From contig AP024675.1 of assembly GCA_025998875.1 (NCBI GenBank), positions 1,273,549 through 1,337,548 of the forward strand: a stretch of 64,000 nt of DNA, written 5' to 3'. Positions 1 through 9,470 of the stretch are shown one piece after another. Source of the DNA: Bacteroidota bacterium (GTDB taxonomy: Bacteria > Bacteroidota > Rhodothermia > JANXDC01). The position numbers and the translations under genes were made by a program. The notes below the pieces were generated by a model, which saw only the letters and a list, made by a program, of their open reading frames with translations, was not told where the DNA came from and made no database searches. Numbering within the stretch: position 1 is the stretch's first letter; each line of letters begins with the position of its first letter.

Positions 1-720
1 CCGGAGATGGCCATCGTAGGGGATATCGGACAGGCTTTGCGCCAGCTGGCCCGGAAGCTGGAGGGATTTCGCGTCTCGGGGGCCTGGATCGATACCCTGC
101 GCGAAGCCGAGGCCCGCGCCCGCGAGCATCTGGAGCCGGAGATCGCCTCTGCTCAGAGTCCGGTCAATCCCCTTCGCGTGGCCGCGGAACTGGATCGCAT
201 GCTCACCGAGCGCACCATCCTCGTCATGGACGGGGGCGACTTTGTCGGGGCCGCCGCGCGGGTGCTTCGACCCCGAGGGCCGGGACTGTGGCTCGATCCG
301 GGTCCGCTGGGCACGCTGGGGGCAGGACCTGGATACGCGATGGCCGCCCGACTGGCCCGGCCCGATCACGAGGTAATCATCCTCTACGGAGACGGCTCCT
401 TTGGCCTGCACGCCATGGAGTTCGAGGCCATGGTCCGACAGCGCATCAAGGTTATCGGGATTATCGGCAACGATGCGGCCTGGACTCAGATCCTCCGAGG
501 TCAAGTGGCCATGTACGGGCCCCAGCGGGTGGTGGCCACCCGCCTTGCGGAGGTGCGCTACGAACGCCTGGTCGAAGCCCTCGGAGGGTGGGGGCTCTAC
601 GTCGAGCGGCCCGAAGAGCTCCGTCCGGCTTTAGAACGCGCGCTCGGTGAAGAGCGTCCCGGCGTGATCAACGTGCGCATCGGTGCTACGCAGGCCCGGG
701 CCGAATCAATCAGCTTCTGA
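1..720 (+). CDS. Thiamine-pyrophosphate-dependent enzyme, C-terminal TPP-binding domain (5' partial, gene begins upstream of window)
   Basis: Frame of ORF 7..720 is open back to position 1; GDGSFG...GND TPP/Mg-binding signature typical of acetolactate-synthase-like enzymes. Confidence 0.7.
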   Translation, partial: PEMAIVGDIGQALRQLARKLEGFRVSGAWIDTLREAEARAREHLEPEIASAQSPVNPLRVAAELDRMLTERTILVMDGGDFVGAAARVLRPRGPGLWLDPGPLGTLGAGPGYAMAARLARPDHEVIILYGDGSFGLHAMEFEAMVRQRIKVIGIIGNDAAWTQILRGQVAMYGPQRVVATRLAEVRYERLVEALGGWGLYVERPEELRPALERALGEERPGVINVRIGATQARAESISF

Positions 721-785
721 GTGAGTTTGTTCAGGATACGGCTTTCGGCTACCTTACCGGAGCTGGCTACCTCGGGGGGCGAAAT

Positions 786-1700
786 ATGCCTGTGCGCGGC
801 TGTTGGCTGATTGTTCCGCTGTTTCTGTTTTCCGGAGCCATCATCCAGCCGGATCCATTCGCGGAGATCGAGTCCCGCTACGGGCTCCGGCTCGGTGTGG
901 CGGCGCTTAACCTCACCACGGGGGAGTCGCTTTACTACCGCGCTGATACCCTGTTCCCCACGGCTTCGGTGATCAAGCTCCCCGTGCTTGTGGAGCTATA
1001 TCGACAGTACGCGCGCGGATACCTGAGCCCCCAGGATACGGTCTATCTGCATGCTGCCCGTCTGTATCCCGGAAGCGGGATTTTGCAGTATTTGTCCGTG
1101 CCCCGGGTGCTTAGCCTCCAGGATGCGGCCGTGCTCATGATCATCCTCAGCGATAACACGGCCACCAATCTGGTCTTCGATAAGCTGGGCCCGCATCACG
1201 AAGCCCGGCTGGATTCCGTCAATCGCACCCTGCGCGCGCTGGGGCTTGAGAAGACCACCATGCACAATAAACCCTTCAGCTTGCAGACGCGCAAGAACAC
1301 CCCGGAAGCGCTCCGATATGGCATCGGCATGACGACCCCTCGCGAGATGGTGGAGCTGCTGCGCAAGCTCGCCCGCGGGGAGGTGGTCTCCCCGCAGGCC
1401 TGCCGAGAGATGATCGAGATCCTCAAACAGCAGCAGTGGACCGAGGTCGCCCCTCGGTATTTGCCTGTAGAGGCCGATTCGCTGCAGATCGCACACAAAA
1501 CCGGCGCCATCAGCACAGCCCGCTGTGACGTGGGCCTCATCTTCAGCCCCCGGGACACGATCGCCTACGCCGTGATGACCGACGGCGTGCAGGATCCTCG
1601 CTGGAGTATCGATCACAAAGGCAATGTGGCTGCCGCTGAAGCGGCGCGCCTGCTCTACGAACGACTCCATCGCAGGCCATCGGGAGGGAAGGGGTCATGA
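786..1700 (+). CDS. Class A serine beta-lactamase-like protein
   Basis: N-terminal hydrophobic signal; S-x-x-K (SVIK), SDN and KTG motifs in canonical order and spacing. Confidence 0.8.
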   Translation: MPVRGCWLIVPLFLFSGAIIQPDPFAEIESRYGLRLGVAALNLTTGESLYYRADTLFPTASVIKLPVLVELYRQYARGYLSPQDTVYLHAARLYPGSGILQYLSVPRVLSLQDAAVLMIILSDNTATNLVFDKLGPHHEARLDSVNRTLRALGLEKTTMHNKPFSLQTRKNTPEALRYGIGMTTPREMVELLRKLARGEVVSPQACREMIEILKQQQWTEVAPRYLPVEADSLQIAHKTGAISTARCDVGLIFSPRDTIAYAVMTDGVQDPRWSIDHKGNVAAAEAARLLYERLHRRPSGGKGS

Positions 1701-2092
1701 AGAAGCTGCTGGGAGTGCTGCTCCTACTCAGCGCGGGCTGCGGGACGGTCGGACCGCTGGAACGCCGTCTGGAGGGCTCCTGGGAATGGGTACAGTCCAC
1801 GGGGGGAATAGCCGGGCTTCACCTCACCCCGCAGTCCGAAGGTTATGTGCAGCAGCTGGTCTTTCGGACCAACGGCGAGCTGGAGATCTGGCGCTCGGGT
1901 AAGCGGCTGAGCCTACTGCGCTATCGTATTGAACATAAGCCCACCATGCTGAGCCCGGAGCCGGCCGACGTGCTGGTCTATGACGAGCCATTTCGGCCTG
2001 AACAGCTTATCCGCTGGGGGCGAGGGGATACACTGTACCTGATCGATGTGTGCTTCGACTGCTACGTGCACACGTACGTGCGCAGGCGCTAA
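1697..2092 (+). CDS. Small lipoprotein of unknown function
   Basis: Signal peptide with lipobox (LLSAGC); ATGA-type overlap with upstream stop; no recognisable catalytic motif. Confidence 0.5.
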   Translation: MKKLLGVLLLLSAGCGTVGPLERRLEGSWEWVQSTGGIAGLHLTPQSEGYVQQLVFRTNGELEIWRSGKRLSLLRYRIEHKPTMLSPEPADVLVYDEPFRPEQLIRWGRGDTLYLIDVCFDCYVHTYVRRR

Positions 2093-2248
2093 ACCCCGCA
2101 TACCGGCCCTGGCTGGATGGGCCCAAAAGAAGGGCCCCGCGAAGGATGATTCCAGGTCCAGAGGCCGCTCCGATGAGAAAGCCGGGAGCCCTCGCGCCGC
2201 GCCGGTGTCGGCCTTGAGGGCGCTGCACGGAGGGCTCCCCGGCGAGGG

Positions 2249-3223
2249 TCAGAGGGGGGCAGCGTACAGGTGCACAAGCCGCTTTTCGTGCCACAGGGCA
2301 AATCCCACCAGGCCGCCTTCACGCTCTGGCCCGGGAATCTGAAGCTGTCCCACGCCCACCCGGGCAGGCAGGACCTCCCAGCGGGCCATTGTGAGCGCTT
2401 TGCAGAATGTCCCGAGCTCGGGGCCGGATTCGTTTTCCGCCCGAAGCAGGCCCAGCGCATAACTGCGCAACAGGCGTTCGTGCACCCCGCGCCAGAGTTC
2501 AGAATGGGCAAATACGTCCATCCCCAGCACCTTTGCTCTGTAGGTGGCAATGATGCCTACGATCCCCTCCTCTACGAGCGTCCGCGGGATGTGCAGAGGA
2601 TGCGCGTTGGACAGTACGGATGCATAGCTTTCCGTATCCGAGTACCGATCTGCCTCCTCCAGGGCCCGGAAGACTTCGTGCCAGATCAGGCTCTGATCGG
2701 GCAGGGGGGTTTTGCGTAGATACCAGTTGGACCGAAGGCTTGTGATTTTCCTGCGCCGCAGGACGATATCCGTGAGCGCCTCCCTTTCGACCTCAAACGC
2801 CCTCCGGAAGCCCCATCGGCCCCTCTCTACGCAGGAGACAGGGATCACATGTTCGCCCTTGTTCAGGAGCAGGCTGATGTTTACTGTGCGCGTCTGCATG
2901 CCGCCTGTGAGCAACGTGCCCTCCGGGATGAAGACCAGACTCGGCTTTTGCACGGACACGGATAGGCGGGGAACCGTGGGGGTGCGAAGCTCATCGACCT
3001 GTGCCCACCCCTCCCGGAGCGCCTCCTCCAGCAGGACGTAGGGAGATGAGGGCGATTGCGGCCAGCATGCCCTGAGCGGCCACAGCTCCAGGTCCTTCTG
3101 CTGTCGTATGGGCGGAAGGAGTTCCAGTTCCGCGGAGCCACCGAAAAGGGAAAGGACGTGCGCGCTTTCGGACATAGGTCTTTGCTCCCGCTGCGTGTTC
3201 CTGTTTCCCGATTTATGATGCAA
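2249..3223 (-). CDS. Hypothetical protein (324 aa), last gene of minus-strand zinc-finger/sigma cluster
   Basis: Long ORF with protein-like composition (W, F, Y, K present) unlike GC-artefact ORFs; start may be internal Met at ~3175. Confidence 0.45.
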   Translation of the reverse strand: MHHKSGNRNTQREQRPMSESAHVLSLFGGSAELELLPPIRQQKDLELWPLRACWPQSPSSPYVLLEEALREGWAQVDELRTPTVPRLSVSVQKPSLVFIPEGTLLTGGMQTRTVNISLLLNKGEHVIPVSCVERGRWGFRRAFEVEREALTDIVLRRRKITSLRSNWYLRKTPLPDQSLIWHEVFRALEEADRYSDTESYASVLSNAHPLHIPRTLVEEGIVGIIATYRAKVLGMDVFAHSELWRGVHERLLRSYALGLLRAENESGPELGTFCKALTMARWEVLPARVGVGQLQIPGPEREGGLVGFALWHEKRLVHLYAAPL

Positions 3224-3286
3224 AACAGATGCGGTTGTGACCGATTCTGGGTGGTTTTCTGAAGATGGGATTGTGACGGAGAGCGA

Positions 3287-3913
3287 CTATACCTGCCGGC
3301 TCTCTCGGGCGTGGCGCACGCTTCGGCTCCAGAATTGCCGCAGAGCTTCCGGGGTAAGCGCAAGCGGGAGGTGGTAGAATAGCTCCCGCACGCTCTCCCA
3401 GTGTTTCAGCAGAGGATAGAGACGAACAAGGCCCGGGAAGCACTCCGCTATCGAGTCCCAGCCCTCCGGGGTGCGGAGGGGTCCGGACAGGAGATCAGAG
3501 ATCTCCTTCCACCGGTAGCCCAGCTCCCGGAGCAGATAGAGCGCAAGCAAACGAACGTCATGGCGTCCCCATTCCGGTTCCTCGAGCTGATCGGCGTCAG
3601 ATGGCCGTGCTATAGGCGCTTCCAGGTCGGGATGGGGCCGCAGAATATCGGCTCCCAGCCGGGTCAGGATCTCCTCAACAATCCATCTCGGAATCCCCAG
3701 CCTGTGGGCGATTTCCGCCTCGGTGGGGGAGCGCTCCAGCTGCTGATAGAGCCAGCGCCAGGCCCGGAGTACGGCCCCAACGTGTCGGCGTGCCGAGGGG
3801 CTCAGATTCAGTAGAGGGCCCACAAAGCGGAGCATCTGCCAGCGAATGTGCTGTAGGGCGAAAGCAGAAAACGGAACCCCTCGATCCGGATCAAAGCGCC
3901 GCACCGCCTCCAA
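3287..3913 (-). CDS. Sigma-70 family RNA polymerase sigma factor (group 3 / FliA-like), regions 2.3-4; conserved region 2.2 lies upstream of first available start codon
   Basis: FDPDRGVPFSAFALQHIRWQM (region 2.3/2.4-like), SPTEAEIAHRLGI (region 3-like), LALYLLRELGYRWKEISDLL (region 4-like). Frame translated by hand upstream of the TTG at 3913 gives ...FEDFLQEGCIGLLEAV (region 2.2 consensus) with no ATG/GTG/TTG back to an in-frame TGA at 4223-4225. Confidence 0.55.
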   Translation of the reverse strand: MEAVRRFDPDRGVPFSAFALQHIRWQMLRFVGPLLNLSPSARRHVGAVLRAWRWLYQQLERSPTEAEIAHRLGIPRWIVEEILTRLGADILRPHPDLEAPIARPSDADQLEEPEWGRHDVRLLALYLLRELGYRWKEISDLLSGPLRTPEGWDSIAECFPGLVRLYPLLKHWESVRELFYHLPLALTPEALRQFWSRSVRHARESRQV

Positions 3914-4125
3914 GAGGCCGATACACCCCTCCTGAAGGAAGTCCTCGAAGCAGAACGCCCGCCGGAGTCCGCATCCGAACAGCCGTCTGCTTAATCGGTA
4001 CGCCTCCAGGCGGATTTGAGGTGTCAGCGCATCGAGCAGTACAGCATAGGCCCTCTCCTCACCTCGCTGGGCGCGCAGGACGAGAGGAAGCAGCGAATCC
4101 GGAGCGGCAGCAGGTACCTCCTCGT

Positions 4126-5199
4126 TTACCGGCTCAGAAGCAACAGCGTGTGGGGTCCGACCCGGAACGTGTCGGGGAGGTCGATCTTCGCCCCGAGCAG
4201 GTCGGTGCCAACGGGCCGAAGTTCAACGTCTCCGAGCAACACGGGTTCCCGCCAGGCCGGATCGTAAAGGGCCACCCGGACCCTCTGGCTTTTCCGTCCC
4301 CGCATGCCCAGGATCAGGCACATGCTATCCAGGCTTTGCTCTACCGCCCAGTTCCAGCCGGCCAGTCTGCCCCGGGCTACAGACCAGAAGTCCAGCAGAG
4401 GGGCGCTGTACATCTCCAATCTGGTCTGCCGCTGCCAGCTGGCCCGCCGTTGCCAGCGCGCGCGGGGGCGCTTGGAGGCCGCGATCCTCAAGGCCAGGAG
4501 GGTGCTGGATCGGGGCTCCGGGATTATGGCCTGGAGGGCCTGAGATATATGGTACCACAAGGAGGGGGGCAGTGCGCCGGGAAGTCGGGAGACCAGCAGT
4601 TCGGCCTCCGCCCGACAGGCCGGACAGCTCTGCAGGTGCTGTGCTGTCCTCAGGTAGCCCCCCCGTCGCAGAAAGCGTGCGAGGTTTCGGGGCGAGGGGC
4701 AGAGCCGACGGACGCTCTGACGGGCTTTCGCCTGCATTTCCCGAAAAGCCTCCCGGCACTCCGCGCACCGCTCCAGATGGGCGCGCGTGGATTCGGGCAG
4801 GGCGGGATGGAAAAAGGCTTCTTCTTCGGGGGCGAAAAGGGCCTCGCGGGGCAGGTCTGCGATCTCTTCGAGCACCTTCCACCGTTGCGGACAGCGCAAC
4901 AGCTTCCGAAGCTGGTCCCAGTCTCCCTCCCGGACAACGGCATCGAAGAGGATGCGGAGTTCTGCGGACGGACGCGCGCCGGTGGGCAGAAGCAGAATGG
5001 CCTCCGGAAGTCGGCCTCCCCGCTTCCGGGCCTGAGGGGTATGCAACCAGCGCCGGAGCTGCTCCTGGAAGATGTTGCGGGCTTCCCAGGGCACGAGCAC
5101 AACGTCTTCAGGCGGCCAGCTGGCCCGACGGACCTCGAAGTCCGGGGGCCAGTCCAGACCGGTCCACTCGAGCCCGAAGACCTGCACCACGGTTTTCAT
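4126..5199 (-). CDS. Hypothetical protein with two H-x3-C-x2-C (ZAS-like zinc-finger) motifs; candidate anti-sigma factor
   Basis: HLERCAEC (aa 141-148) and HLQSCPAC (aa 188-195); protein-like composition, whereas the overlapping plus-strand ORF 3790..5439 is Pro/Arg/Gly-rich. Confidence 0.5.
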   Translation of the reverse strand: MKTVVQVFGLEWTGLDWPPDFEVRRASWPPEDVVLVPWEARNIFQEQLRRWLHTPQARKRGGRLPEAILLLPTGARPSAELRILFDAVVREGDWDQLRKLLRCPQRWKVLEEIADLPREALFAPEEEAFFHPALPESTRAHLERCAECREAFREMQAKARQSVRRLCPSPRNLARFLRRGGYLRTAQHLQSCPACRAEAELLVSRLPGALPPSLWYHISQALQAIIPEPRSSTLLALRIAASKRPRARWQRRASWQRQTRLEMYSAPLLDFWSVARGRLAGWNWAVEQSLDSMCLILGMRGRKSQRVRVALYDPAWREPVLLGDVELRPVGTDLLGAKIDLPDTFRVGPHTLLLLSR

Positions 5200-5303
5200 C
5201 GTCCTCTTCTGCCCGGGGGAGCGCTGTATCGCTCAGGGTCGATGGAACTCCCCCTGGAATATGGCGCTCTGCCCGATCAAAAGAAAGCAGACCCTGAACC
5301 CCC

Positions 5304-7820
5304 TTACGGATTCGGCTTCAGGATTTGCTCGATGCGCGCGAGCGCGTCCTCCAGGTGCAGGCGCGTGTTGCGGTCCGGCACGCGCCGCAGCGCGCTCCGG
5401 ATTTCCCGTTGCAGGGCCTGCAGTTCTCCCCGCACATAGGGGCGGATGTCGGACTGGGATACGCTTAGGCTCATGCTCTCCCCAGAAGCGCCCGGGCTCG
5501 GGGGTGAGGGGGGTTCCTGGCGCATCAGATAGGCCATGCGCTCCAGATAGCCGCGCTGCAGGTTGCGTCGGAAGGGATCGATTGGTCGGGCGGTGGCCAG
5601 CTCCGACCAGACCCCACGGCGCAGATCCAGAAGCATATCGGCGAGCCGGTATGGAGGGGTTGAGCCGGCCAGGGCTTCGGCTTCGATCAGGCGTCCCATG
5701 CGGGACGGATCGAGCACCCGGTTGAGCACCCCGACCTGTAGCGTCCGCACGCGTTCCATTGCCCCCGCAGGCTCGATGCGGCGCAGGATCGCCGTGTCGA
5801 GCATCCAAGTCGGGGTCTGAAAGGCGTGTCGGATCAGGAAGTCCATGGCTGCCCGCTGCTTTTGCCGGGGCACAGGCTCATAGACCGGCCCTTCCTGGTC
5901 ATAGGTTTTACGGGTTCTATAGACGCCCCCGATGTTCGTGATCACATGTCCCATGTACCGATTCCACTGCGCCAGCACCTGTTCGTAGAGCTCGCGCAGG
6001 TCCGCATAATCCTTGCCCGGTGCGGAGGTCCAGCTGATCAGATTGGGCAGGATGCGCTTGAGGTTGGCGATTCCGTATTCGCCGGCCTTCATGGCGTCAT
6101 CGCCCAGGTCCTCGGTCTGCGAGGTGGGATCGACCGAGCTGGGGTCGCCGAATCGATACAGCGGGTCGCCCTCGTGCTCTCGGATCCAGGAATCCAGCAC
6201 GGGCTTTTCCTCATCCGGGGTACGCGCTCCCGGAATGGGGCGATAACCCCAGGCGATGGCGTAGACGTCATAGGGGCCGATGGCGGGCATCAGGCAGGCC
6301 CCATCGCCGGGCTGGGCCACGTAGTTGAATCGGGCGTAATCCATGATGGAGGGCGCCGTGCCCATGCGGCAGGTAAAGGTGGGCGAGCGCAGGGAGTCGA
6401 CCGGATAGGCGGAGCTGGCCTTCATGTTGTGCGGCAGGCCCAGGGTATGGCCGACCTCATGGGCGGCCACGAAGCGGATCAGCTGGCCCATTGTTTCTTC
6501 GTCGAACTGCACGGCACGCGCCTTCGGGTTCGCGGCGGCCGTCTGCACGAAGTACCAGTTCCGCAGCAGGTTCATCACGTTGTGATACCATCCAATGTCC
6601 GCCTCCAGGATCTCCCCGGAACGCGGGTCGTGCACGTTCGGGCCGTAGGCGTTCTGGATCTCCGAGGCGAAATACCGGATCACGGAATACCGCACGTCTT
6701 CGGGATTGAATTCCGGATCCTCTTCCGGACCGGGAGGATCTTTGGCGATGATGGCGTTTTTGAAGCCGGCCGCCTCGAAGGCCTTGTTCCAGTCCTCTAC
6801 GCCCTGTTTGAGGTATTTACGCCATTTTACGGGCGTGGCCGGATCGATGTAGTAGACGATGGGTTTTTGGGGTTCTACGAGTTCTCCGCGGGCAAAGGCC
6901 TCCGGATCCTTGGGTTCCAGGCGCCAGCGCACGATGTAGCGCCGTCTGGCGGCGCGCTGTTCGTCACGTCCATAGTCCACCTGTTCGATGCGGAAGTAGC
7001 CCACGCGTTCGTCATAGAGGCGGGGCATCATGGGCTCTTTGGGCAGGAGGATCATGGAATGGTGCATCTCGAGCGTAATCGTGCGCGTGGAGGCCTGCGA
7101 GGGGGGTTCCTGGGCGTCATAGGTGAGCAGGTTGCGCACCTCGATGTTGAGCGGATAGCTGTGCGCGTACAGAAGCAGGGTGCGGGATTCGTCCAGGCGC
7201 GTTACCCGAAAACGCTCTCGGCGAGTTCGGTCCAGGCCCAGTACGGGTACGTCGCGCGTGAAGAGCTCCGTGATCTCGATGACGACGGAGTGCGAGTCGG
7301 GCCCGATGGCCTGGATGTCGAAGGCGCGGATGACGGGCTCGAAGTTCGAGTTGCGTACGGCCTGGTATATGGGCAGGGAATCGGCCGCCACGTTCTGGTA
7401 GGAGACCGTGCGCAGGAGCACCCTATCTGCCAGACGTTCCCAGCGCACCACCTGTCGGTTGAGTTCTTCACCCCCGTAGCCAATGCCGTTGGCCGTTCGG
7501 GCGATGCGGCTCACCCAGAGCATCTCACGCCCCAGGAGGCTATCGGGGATCTCGTAGTAGTAACGGGACCCGACCTGGTGGACATCGAACAGCCCCTTAT
7601 CTGTGCGCGCATCCTGGGGGATCACCTGCCGATAGGGTCGGGGCCCCGTCTGAGGCTGGGATGGGCGAGGGGCCGGACTTTGAGTCTGGTTCTGCCCGGA
7701 TGCGGTCTCGGTCCGTGGCGGGGCCGCAGAGCCAGCAGGCGAGCTCGGGCCAGGGGTGCGCGTAGTGGCACAACCGATCAGCAAAGAGGGGATAACAAAG
7801 AACCCGATAACAAAACGCAT
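5304..7820 (-). CDS. Zinc-dependent metalloprotease lipoprotein (HEXXHXXGXXH zincin)
   Basis: AAHEVGHTLGLPHN motif; start placed at internal ATG 7818-7820 giving lipoprotein signal MRFVIGFFVIPSLLIGC; Pro/Ser-rich linker after signal. Confidence 0.75.
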   Translation of the reverse strand: MRFVIGFFVIPSLLIGCATTRTPGPSSPAGSAAPPRTETASGQNQTQSPAPRPSQPQTGPRPYRQVIPQDARTDKGLFDVHQVGSRYYYEIPDSLLGREMLWVSRIARTANGIGYGGEELNRQVVRWERLADRVLLRTVSYQNVAADSLPIYQAVRNSNFEPVIRAFDIQAIGPDSHSVVIEITELFTRDVPVLGLDRTRRERFRVTRLDESRTLLLYAHSYPLNIEVRNLLTYDAQEPPSQASTRTITLEMHHSMILLPKEPMMPRLYDERVGYFRIEQVDYGRDEQRAARRRYIVRWRLEPKDPEAFARGELVEPQKPIVYYIDPATPVKWRKYLKQGVEDWNKAFEAAGFKNAIIAKDPPGPEEDPEFNPEDVRYSVIRYFASEIQNAYGPNVHDPRSGEILEADIGWYHNVMNLLRNWYFVQTAAANPKARAVQFDEETMGQLIRFVAAHEVGHTLGLPHNMKASSAYPVDSLRSPTFTCRMGTAPSIMDYARFNYVAQPGDGACLMPAIGPYDVYAIAWGYRPIPGARTPDEEKPVLDSWIREHEGDPLYRFGDPSSVDPTSQTEDLGDDAMKAGEYGIANLKRILPNLISWTSAPGKDYADLRELYEQVLAQWNRYMGHVITNIGGVYRTRKTYDQEGPVYEPVPRQKQRAAMDFLIRHAFQTPTWMLDTAILRRIEPAGAMERVRTLQVGVLNRVLDPSRMGRLIEAEALAGSTPPYRLADMLLDLRRGVWSELATARPIDPFRRNLQRGYLERMAYLMRQEPPSPPSPGASGESMSLSVSQSDIRPYVRGELQALQREIRSALRRVPDRNTRLHLEDALARIEQILKPNP

Positions 7821-7973
7821 GGACGTGCTTCCTTCGTCTCTCGGCTCTGCAAGATAGGCCCTGCAGGGGATCAAGAAACGGACGTATCGTAACATTATCG
7901 TGAAGAACGGGATCTTCTTGCCCGTGCTTTGCGTATAGAGCACGCTTGATGCCCGGACTCCGCCTGGCAGGGA

Positions 7974-9470
7974 TTGTATGCGTTGGAAGGGCTCAGAAAA
8001 AGCACTTTGCCAATCCGGATTGCGGTCCTCTGGCTAGGCAGTCTAGCCGTCGGGGCCGCCGATGCCCAGCCTGTACTCCGCTGGGGTGCAGATCCCAGCG
8101 GGGGAGCCCCACACGTCTTTGCCGATCCCCGGAATCCGGATCGGTATATTGGTTTTGAGAAGGAGTTCGTGGAAGCGCTAGCGGCTGTTCTGGGCCGCCG
8201 GCCCGTCATGGTGCCCACGGACTGGGAGAGCATTGTCTCCGCACTCAATCGGGGTGAGTTTGACATCATCGTCAACGGGCTGGAGCCCACCACGGATCGG
8301 GCGCGGCACATCCTCTTCAGTCGACCCTATTACCTCTTCCGCCAGCAGCTTGTGGTGCGCCGAGAGGAAGAGCGCATCCGCTCGCTGGCCGATTGTCGGG
8401 ATCGGCTCGTGGGCACGCTCGTCAACACCACATCCAGTCGACTGCTCGCCCGGGAAGGCATTCGCTACAGAGGCTACGCCGATCCCCCGGCCGCGTATCG
8501 GGATCTGGAGCTGGGGCGCGTCGATGCGGTGCTCATGGATCTGCCTATTGCGCAGTACTATGCTTTTTCCAATCCCCGCCTCAAGCCAGCCGGAGAGCCG
8601 TTTTATGTGAGCGCCTATGTGGTGGGCATGCGCAAGGCGGATTCTTTGCTTAAAGCCCAGATTGATGCGGCCATCGATACCCTGTTGCGCAACGGCACGA
8701 TGGAGCGCATCCTGCGCAGATGGAACCTCTGGGATGAGCTCCAGCCCCAGCTGCTGAGAGGCGAGGCACGCTATGAGGTGGCCGCCTCGGATTTCAACTG
8801 GACTGAAGCCCTGCTCCGGTTGGGGCGTGCGGCGCTTGTGACCGTGTTGCTGGCCTTTGGGGCCATGGCCGTGGCCCTGCTATTGGGGATTCCTCTGGCT
8901 CTGGGACAGGAGCAGGGTCCGCGCTGGGTTCGTGCCCTGTGTACGGGTTATGTTGAGTTCTTCCGGGGCACGCCCGTGCTCGTACAGCTGCTTTTCTGGT
9001 ATTTCGGGTTGCCCAAGGTGGGCATTGTACTTCCGGGCTGGTTTGTGGCCCTGGTGGGGCTGGGGTTGAACTACGCCGCCTACGAATCGCAGATCTATCG
9101 GGCGGCGTTTGCCGCCATACCCCGCGGGCAGTGGGAGGTGGCCTATGCGCTGGGTATGAATCCGGGGCTTGCGTTTCGGCGCATCATCTTGCCCCAGGCC
9201 ATGCGGATCGCCCTGCCCCCGGTGACGAACGACTTTGTCTCGCTCTTTAAGGATACCTCGGTGGCCTTTGCCATCTCTGTATGGGAGCTGGCCACGGCGT
9301 ACCGAGAGCTGGCCAACGCCTCTCAGGAGTTTCTCCTGCTGGGGGCGGTAACCTCCGCGTTTTATCTGGCCATGAGCGTGCCGTTAGCTCGCCTGGCACG
9401 CCGACTGGAGCGGCGTCTCATGCACGAGCGAAGTCCGGCTGCCGTGTTGCAGGAGGAAACCGGCCCATGA
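7974..9470 (+). CDS. Polar amino-acid ABC transporter, fused periplasmic substrate-binding domain and permease
   Basis: N-terminal signal plus binding-protein-like domain followed by multi-helix permease region; translationally coupled to downstream ATPase. Confidence 0.7.
   Translation: MYALEGLRKSTLPIRIAVLWLGSLAVGAADAQPVLRWGADPSGGAPHVFADPRNPDRYIGFEKEFVEALAAVLGRRPVMVPTDWESIVSALNRGEFDIIVNGLEPTTDRARHILFSRPYYLFRQQLVVRREEERIRSLADCRDRLVGTLVNTTSSRLLAREGIRYRGYADPPAAYRDLELGRVDAVLMDLPIAQYYAFSNPRLKPAGEPFYVSAYVVGMRKADSLLKAQIDAAIDTLLRNGTMERILRRWNLWDELQPQLLRGEARYEVAASDFNWTEALLRLGRAALVTVLLAFGAMAVALLLGIPLALGQEQGPRWVRALCTGYVEFFRGTPVLVQLLFWYFGLPKVGIVLPGWFVALVGLGLNYAAYESQIYRAAFAAIPRGQWEVAYALGMNPGLAFRRIILPQAMRIALPPVTNDFVSLFKDTSVAFAISVWELATAYRELANASQEFLLLGAVTSAFYLAMSVPLARLARRLERRLMHERSPAAVLQEETGP

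Noticed and set aside
2119-2240. GGGCCC/GGGCCC hairpin and a 10-bp inverted repeat (GGGAGCCCTC ... GAGGGCTCCC) in the convergent intergenic region
   Set aside because: No adjacent T-tract and a 45-nt spacer in the longer repeat; could be a weak bidirectional terminator but evidence is insufficient to call a feature
3790-5439. 549-aa plus-strand ORF
   Set aside because: Pro/Arg/Gly/Ala-dominated composition typical of antisense ORFs in high-GC DNA; fully overlaps the more protein-like minus-strand zinc-finger gene
5826-7892. 688-aa plus-strand ORF
   Set aside because: Antisense to the metalloprotease gene, which carries a clear HEXXH motif and lipoprotein signal; Gly/Arg/Val-rich low-complexity translation
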